A stretch of DNA of 64,000 bases from an uncultured Pelagibacteraceae bacterium (lineage in GTDB: Bacteria; Pseudomonadota; Alphaproteobacteria; Pelagibacterales; Pelagibacteraceae): positions 34,668 through 98,667 of the forward strand of contig CABYFN010000001.1 of NCBI GenBank assembly GCA_902518235.1, given 5' to 3'. Shown one piece after another: positions 63,691 through 64,000 of the stretch. The first letter of the stretch is position 1, and each line of letters opens with the position of its first letter. Under the pieces are notes generated by a model. The model made no database searches. It worked only from the letters and a program-made list of their open reading frames with translations, and was not told the DNA's origin. The position numbers and the translations under genes are program-made.

Positions 63691-64000
63691 TGATTAAAAC
63701 TGATGTTGTGATAGTTGGAGCGGGTCCCACAGGTTTATTTTGTGCACATCAACTCGGTATTATTGGATTGAAATGTGAAATAGTTGATAACCTGGATAAA
63801 ATTGGTGGTCAGTGTATTGAACTTTATCCTGATAAACCAATTTATGATATTCCTGCAGTCCCAGAGTGTACTGGAGAAGAACTTACTAATAATTTAATAG
63901 AACAAATTAAACCATTTAAATTTAATTTTCATTTAAATGACAGAGTTCAAGAACTAACAAATGAAAATGATAATTGGGTTGTTAAAACAACAAATGGAAA
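63690..64000 (+). CDS. Ferredoxin--NADP+ reductase (TrxB-like), 5' part
   Basis: Not in the ORF track. Read manually from the ATG overlapping the ferredoxin stop: MIKTDVVIVGAGPTGLF...IGGQCIELYPDKPIYDIP. Runs off the window. Confidence 0.9.

Overview
Very AT-rich, extremely compact alphaproteobacterial DNA that looks like SAR11 (Pelagibacterales): short or negative intergenic distances, a MurE-MurF fusion, and the prpE-proteorhodopsin-ferredoxin-FNR neighbourhood. It is mostly core genome. In order: lgt, ubiK-like, MarR-OmpR-EnvZ, ilvE, the uvrB-folM-X-folB-uvrC-pgsA operon, aspartate aminotransferase, trxB, carAB, yqeY-dnaG-rpoD, two tRNAs, mlaA/mlaC, an amidase, RNase P RNA, the full dcw cluster, lpxC-bamD-ligA, pepP, uvrD, fumC, ygfZ, pyrC, prpE and a blue-type proteorhodopsin. 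I saw no integrase, IS, prophage or CRISPR array. The best leads are four. (1) A divergent two-gene Anbu protease / circularly permuted ATP-grasp ligase module that lacks its usual alpha-E and transglutaminase partners and has palindromes in the shared promoter. (2) A tRNA-Val(GAC) whose normally invariant D/T-loop elbow nucleotides are changed in an apparently compensatory way. (3) A rewired dcw cluster: ftsZ sits between mraZ and rsmH, a candidate alphaproteobacterial LexA box and MraZ repeats lie upstream, and FtsA is degenerate. (4) Tandem palindromes ahead of proteorhodopsin. All calls come from motif recognition by eye; no database searches were run.
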